42,831 bases of DNA. Source: an uncultured Frankiaceae bacterium (GTDB taxonomy: Bacteria; Actinomycetota; Actinomycetes; BP-191). Location: assembly GCA_967749945.1 (NCBI GenBank), contig CBQZLL010000001.1, positions 1 to 42,831 of the forward strand, written 5' to 3'. The notes beneath the pieces are model-generated. The model saw only the letters and a list, made by a program, of their open reading frames with translations, made no database searches and had not been told where the DNA came from. Shown here piece after piece: positions 38,536-42,831 of this stretch; the stretch's first letter is position 1; each line of letters begins with the position of its first letter. The position numbers and the translations under genes were made by a program.

Positions 38536-40680
38536 ATGACCCCAGCCCCCCGTACGTCCCGCCCCCGTCCGAAAGCACGACACCAAGGGTTCCTCCGCCG
38601 CCGGTGGAACCGCCTCACGCCGCGCGGCAAACGGGTGGTCACGTTCGGTGTCGTCGGCCTGTTCCTCGGTTTCGTCGCCCTGCTCGGGGCGATCTACGCC
38701 GCCGCGCGCGTCCCGTTGCCGTCCGACATCGACCGCGCCCAGGCGACGACGATCGAGTTCGCGGACGGCTCGCGGCTCGGCATCCTCGCCAAGGAGAACC
38801 GCGTCGACATCCCGCTCGCCGACGTCCCCGAGCAGGTCCGCAACGCCGTCCTCGCGGCCGAGGACCGTGGCTACTACAAGCACCCGGGCATCTCGTTCAC
38901 CGGTATCGCGCGGGCGGCGTTCCAGGACGTGTTCGGCCATGGCGCGAAGCAGGGCGGCTCGACGATCACCCAGCAGTACGCCCGCAACGCGTACCTCACG
39001 CAGCACCGGACGTTCGCGCGGAAGTTCCGCGAGGCGGTCATCGCGGTGAAGCTCGACCGCACGTACTCGAAGGACCAGGTCCTCGAGTGGTACCTCAACA
39101 CGATCTACTTCGGTCGCGGCGCGTCGGGCATCGAGGCCGCGGCGCGGGCGTACTTCGGCGTCCCCGCGAAGCGGCTCACGCTCGAACAGGGCGCGGTGCT
39201 CGCCGCGCTGATCCGGTCGCCCGAGGGCGGCGACCCGGCCATCGCGCCGAACACCGCGAAGCGGCGCTGGACCTCGGTCCTCGACGGCATGGTGACGATG
39301 CACAAGGTGACCCGCGAGCAGGCCGACGCGGCCAAGTACCCGCACATCCTGCCGCGCCGCGCGACGGGCACGAAGGCCGGCGGGGCGGGCTCCGGCCCGA
39401 TGGGCTACGTCGTCGACACGGTTCGCCAAGAGCTGCGGCGCAACGGGTTCACCGACTCGGAGATCTACAGCGGCGGGTTGCGGGTGCGGACGACGATCGA
39501 CAAGCGCCGCCAGGCCGCGGCCATCGCCGCCGTCGAGGACGTCCTCGACGACCCGGCGAAGGACCCGGCCGCCGCGCTGGTCTCGATCGAGCCGGGGACA
39601 GGCAAGGTCGTCGCCATGTACGGCGGCCGCGACTTCGGCGGCAAGGGCGACAAGTCGTTCATCAACTACGCCACCAACCCGCGCGCGCCCGGGTCGTCGT
39701 TCAAGCCGTACGTCCTCGCCGCCGCGCTGTCCGACGGGATCAGCCTCAAGAGCACGTTCGGCGGGAAGTCGCCGCAGACGTTCAACGGCTACCAGGTGAC
39801 GAACTACGGCAACGAGCAGTTCGGCGCCATCGACCTCACGACGGCGACCGCGCACTCGGTCAACACGGTGTACGTCCCGCTCGGTCTCAAGGCAGGCATC
39901 TCGAACACGATCGACATGGCGCACGCGCTCGGTGTTCCCGACACCATCACCTGCTCGGCCAACCGGGACGCGACGCTGTTCCTCGGGACGTGCGACCTGC
40001 GTCCGGTCGACGAGGCGGCGTCGTACGCGGCGTTCGCGGCGAAGGGCCAGGCAGCGGGCTGGCACCTCGTCCACTCGGTGCGTGCGGCCGACGGCACCAA
40101 GCTCTACGCCGCGAAGACCGAGACGTCCGAGGCGCTCACCGAGAGCCAGGCCGCGGACGCGGTGCACGCGCTGCGCGCGGTCGTCGACGAGGGTACCGGC
40201 CGCGCCGCGCGGATCGGCCGTCCCGCCGCGGGCAAGACCGGGACGACGAGCGACAACACCAACGCGTGGTTCTCCGGCTTCGTCCCGCAGCTCGCGACCA
40301 CGGTGTGGATGGGCTACGAGCCGCGCGACGACGGCTCCGGTACGGCGCGCATCCCGCCACTGACGTTCCTGCACGGCTACCGCGAGGTCACCGGCGGCAC
40401 CTTGCCGGCCCGGATCTGGCACGACTACATGACGAAGGCCATGGAGGGCGTTCCGGTCGAGGACTTCCCGGCGCCCTCGTTCGGCGGTACGCCGACGACC
40501 GCGTCGCCGACCGCGACGCCGACCACCGCCTCGCCGACGCCGCGCCCGACCCCGACGGCGACGCTGACCATCGTGCCGACGTTGCCGACGATCGGGCCGT
40601 CGCACGGTACCGGCAGCCCGTCGCAGAGCCCGACCGAGAGCGCACCCGCGTCCGCCTCCAAGAGCGCAGACCCGCCTTAG
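38536..40680 (+). CDS. ponA: Class A penicillin-binding protein (bifunctional transglycosylase/transpeptidase)
   Basis: The track ORF 38209..40680 is over-extended. ATG at 38536. One N-terminal TM segment. GT51 motifs are AEDRGYYKHPGIS, GGSTITQQ and RKFREAV. Transpeptidase motifs are SSFKP (SxxK), SVN (SxN) and KTGTT. Pro/Thr-rich tail. Confidence 0.93.
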   Translation: MTPAPRTSRPRPKARHQGFLRRRWNRLTPRGKRVVTFGVVGLFLGFVALLGAIYAAARVPLPSDIDRAQATTIEFADGSRLGILAKENRVDIPLADVPEQVRNAVLAAEDRGYYKHPGISFTGIARAAFQDVFGHGAKQGGSTITQQYARNAYLTQHRTFARKFREAVIAVKLDRTYSKDQVLEWYLNTIYFGRGASGIEAAARAYFGVPAKRLTLEQGAVLAALIRSPEGGDPAIAPNTAKRRWTSVLDGMVTMHKVTREQADAAKYPHILPRRATGTKAGGAGSGPMGYVVDTVRQELRRNGFTDSEIYSGGLRVRTTIDKRRQAAAIAAVEDVLDDPAKDPAAALVSIEPGTGKVVAMYGGRDFGGKGDKSFINYATNPRAPGSSFKPYVLAAALSDGISLKSTFGGKSPQTFNGYQVTNYGNEQFGAIDLTTATAHSVNTVYVPLGLKAGISNTIDMAHALGVPDTITCSANRDATLFLGTCDLRPVDEAASYAAFAAKGQAAGWHLVHSVRAADGTKLYAAKTETSEALTESQAADAVHALRAVVDEGTGRAARIGRPAAGKTGTTSDNTNAWFSGFVPQLATTVWMGYEPRDDGSGTARIPPLTFLHGYREVTGGTLPARIWHDYMTKAMEGVPVEDFPAPSFGGTPTTASPTATPTTASPTPRPTPTATLTIVPTLPTIGPSHGTGSPSQSPTESAPASASKSADPP

Positions 40681-40681
40681 C

Positions 40682-42118
40682 GTGGCGATTGGAGGTCGGG
40701 TACGGGACGATGCGCGGGTGACTGCGAAGATCACCGCCCCGTCGCGCGCCGACCCGTTCGTCCGCGACGCGTCGGCCATCGTCGGCGGCCCGGCTGGGGA
40801 CCACACGCGGTTCGGCGGGGCGACGTTCTGGACGCCGATCCGCGTCCTCGTCGCGCTGACGATGCTGACGTTCAGCCTCGGCTTCGTCATGAAGCTGCCG
40901 TGCCAGTACCACGGCTGGGCGAACCACTACCAGTACACGCGGCTGTGCTACTCCGACGTCTACGCCCTGTACTTCAGCGAGGGCATCAACGACCACAAGG
41001 TCCCGTACGTGGACAGCCCGGTGGAGTACCCGGTCGTCATCGGCGGGCTGATGTGGGCGGCCGGCGGGCTCTCCGACGACGCCGCCGACTTCTTCGACGT
41101 CACCGCCGCCCTGCTCCTCGTCTGCGCGGTCGCGATGACGATCCTCACCGCGCGCAGCGCCGGCCGAAGACCCTGGGACGCCGCGCTCGTCGCGCTCGCC
41201 CCCGGCCTGCTGCTGCACGGGACGACCAACTGGGATCTCGCGGCCGTCGCCCTCGCCGCCGCGGGCATCTACGCGTGGTCGCGACGACAACCCGCGCTGG
41301 CCGGGCTCTGGTTCGGCCTGGCCATCGCCACGAAGCTCTACCCGGTCGTCTTCCTGGCGGGGCTGTTCTTCCTCTGCCTGCGCGCGCGGCGGCTCGCCGA
41401 CTGGGTGCAGATGACGGCGGCCGCGGCGTTCACCACGGCGCTCGTCTACGTGCCGTTCGTCCTCGCCTCGGGGTCGTTCTCGTTCGAGGCGTGCCGCGGC
41501 AACAAGACCGTCACGGTGACGCAGCCCGCGTGGGAGAAGTTCTTCACGCTGAACCGCTGCCGCGGTGCCGACTGGGACTCGCTCGCGTTCGCCGGGCGCG
41601 AGCTACTGCACTGGGACTACACGCTGACGACGCTCAACACGGTGACCGCGTTGCTCGCCGTCGCCGTCATCGTGGCGGTTGGTGCGCTGGTGCTCCTCGC
41701 GCCGCGACGGCCACGCCTACCGCAGGTGCTGTTCCTCATGCTCGCGGGGTTCCTGCTCGTCAACAAAGTGAACTCGCCGCAGTACACGCTCTGGCTCATC
41801 CCGCTCGCGGCGCTCGCGCGGCCGCGCTGGCCCGCGTTCCTGGCGTGGCAGGGCTCGGAGTTCCTCGTCATGTTCACGCGCTTCTACTACTTCGTGCATC
41901 TCGGCGACTCGAAGCACGGGATCACGGTCGAGTGGTTCATCGCGGCGGTGCTGCTGCGCGACGCGTTGCTGCTCGTCGTCATGGCGCTCGTCGTCCGCGA
42001 GGTCCTCCAGCCGTTCCACGACGTGGTCCGCCGTGACGGCGAGGACGACCCGGCGGGCGGTGTCCTCGACGGTGCCGCCGACGGGTTCGGCCGCTGGGCC
42101 GTACGCCCGCCCGCATGA
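40682..42118 (+). CDS. Polytopic membrane glycosyltransferase (GT-C fold, DUF2029/GT87-like)
   Basis: 478-aa ORF with many TM helices. The loop after TM1 carries CYSDVYALYFSEGINDHKVPYVDSPVEYPV, typical of this family. The start is uncertain (GTG 40682 or in-frame GTG 40718). Confidence 0.65.
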   Translation: MAIGGRVRDDARVTAKITAPSRADPFVRDASAIVGGPAGDHTRFGGATFWTPIRVLVALTMLTFSLGFVMKLPCQYHGWANHYQYTRLCYSDVYALYFSEGINDHKVPYVDSPVEYPVVIGGLMWAAGGLSDDAADFFDVTAALLLVCAVAMTILTARSAGRRPWDAALVALAPGLLLHGTTNWDLAAVALAAAGIYAWSRRQPALAGLWFGLAIATKLYPVVFLAGLFFLCLRARRLADWVQMTAAAAFTTALVYVPFVLASGSFSFEACRGNKTVTVTQPAWEKFFTLNRCRGADWDSLAFAGRELLHWDYTLTTLNTVTALLAVAVIVAVGALVLLAPRRPRLPQVLFLMLAGFLLVNKVNSPQYTLWLIPLAALARPRWPAFLAWQGSEFLVMFTRFYYFVHLGDSKHGITVEWFIAAVLLRDALLLVVMALVVREVLQPFHDVVRRDGEDDPAGGVLDGAADGFGRWAVRPPA

Positions 42119-42831
42119 CCAGTCCGGCCCGGACCCGCGTCAGCGCGACGACCGCGATGTGGGAGGCGTTGCCGATCTGGCTGGCGAGCCGGATCGCTGT
42201 CGGGATGGCCGGGCTCGGCGCCGCGTGGGTGCTGCACGGCAAGAACGCGAGGGACGTCCCTTCCTGGCTCAGGCTGTGGCAACACTGGGACGCGGACCTG
42301 TTCGTCAAGGTCGCGCGCTTCGGCTATCCGCCGACCACGGCCTACGCGGACCGGACCGAGGTCGACTTCCCCGGGATGCCGGTCGCGTTGCGGATCGCGC
42401 ACGTCGTGACGGGCAACTGGACGGCGGCGGGCCTGCTGGTGTCGTTGATCGCCGGCGCGGTGGCCGCCTGCGCGCTGTACCACCTCGCGGCGACGGACGA
42501 CGGACCCGAGGCCGGGCGGCGCGCGGTCCTCTACCTCGTCTGCTTCCCGTACGCGGTCTTCCTCTTCGCGGGGTATTCGGAGGCGTTGTTCCTCGCGTTC
42601 GCGACGACCGCGTGGGTCGCCGCGCGACAGGAACGCTGGGTCGCCGCCGGGTTGCTCGCGGCGGGCGCGTCGTTCACCCGCATCCTCGGGCTCTGCCTCG
42701 CGTTCGGGCTCGGTATCGAGTACCTCGTCGTCCGCTACCGCGCGGGCGGCTTCCGCGGCTGGTTCCGTCCCGACGGGCTGTGGCTCGGCGCGCCGCTCGT
42801 GTCGGCGGGGTCGTTCGTCGTCTACCTGCAC
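42115..42831 (+). CDS. Polytopic membrane protein, probable GT-C mannosyltransferase-like enzyme; 3' end runs off the window
   Basis: Open frame not listed in the track because it has no stop in the window. ATG at 42115 overlaps the preceding stop (ATGA). Hand translation: MTSPARTRVSATTAMWEALPIWLASRIAVGMAGLGAAWVL...WQHWDADLFVKVARFGYP...FAGYSEALFLAF. Multiple hydrophobic helices. Confidence 0.55.
   Translation, partial: MTSPARTRVSATTAMWEALPIWLASRIAVGMAGLGAAWVLHGKNARDVPSWLRLWQHWDADLFVKVARFGYPPTTAYADRTEVDFPGMPVALRIAHVVTGNWTAAGLLVSLIAGAVAACALYHLAATDDGPEAGRRAVLYLVCFPYAVFLFAGYSEALFLAFATTAWVAARQERWVAAGLLAAGASFTRILGLCLAFGLGIEYLVVRYRAGGFRGWFRPDGLWLGAPLVSAGSFVVYLH

Noticed and set aside
38458-40890. 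810-aa minus-strand ORF opposite the class A PBP
   Set aside because: The plus strand carries every canonical PBP motif (EDxxFxxHxG-like, SxxK, SxN, KTG). The minus-strand frame is an Arg/Gly-rich shadow.

Overview
High-GC, actinobacterial-type chromosome origin region, densely coding and mostly core. On the minus strand at the left edge lie gnd (partial), dnaN and dnaA. A short DnaA-box intergenic region (candidate oriC) sits between dnaA and dnaN, and a second DnaA-box cluster sits upstream of dnaA. Next comes the plus-strand chain rpmH-rnpA-yidD-yidC-jag-rsmG-parA-parB, most of it joined by 4-nt start/stop overlaps, with a near-consensus parS inside parA. The rest follows the conserved actinobacterial order known from Mycobacterium tuberculosis Rv3907c-Rv3916c: GNAT-like protein, cwlM, trxA, trxB, anti-sigma factor, ECF sigma (SigM-like), MviN-type pseudokinase, murJ, an Rv3909-like secreted protein, a NUDIX hydrolase and the CCA-adding enzyme. 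This order is interrupted by several lineage-specific insertions. They are (i) an aminotransferase-ddl-GYD operon; (ii) small membrane ORFs around trxB; (iii) a peptidoglycan-hydrolase cassette (two NlpC/P60 genes plus a small coupled membrane protein) between the pseudokinase and murJ, with a ydaO-type cyclic-di-AMP riboswitch in front of one hydrolase; and (iv) a YbaK-like gene followed by a 59-nt near-perfect palindrome. The right third holds a FecR-like lipoprotein, an MFS transporter, a PAS protein, a Val/Leu dehydrogenase and an ABM-like protein. It also holds two tandem paralogous secreted Cys-containing proteins that match no family I recognise, the most novel-looking item here. Beyond these come ino1 with its PadR regulator and a clear palindromic operator, an FG-GAP propeller protein, a Cys4 protein, a class A PBP and two GT-C-type membrane glycosyltransferases. 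I found no rRNA, tRNA, CRISPR array, transposase or integrase. Many long ORFs in the six-frame track are antisense or out-of-frame artefacts of the high GC content. Several real genes start well inside the listed ORFs, and those starts were re-placed by hand.
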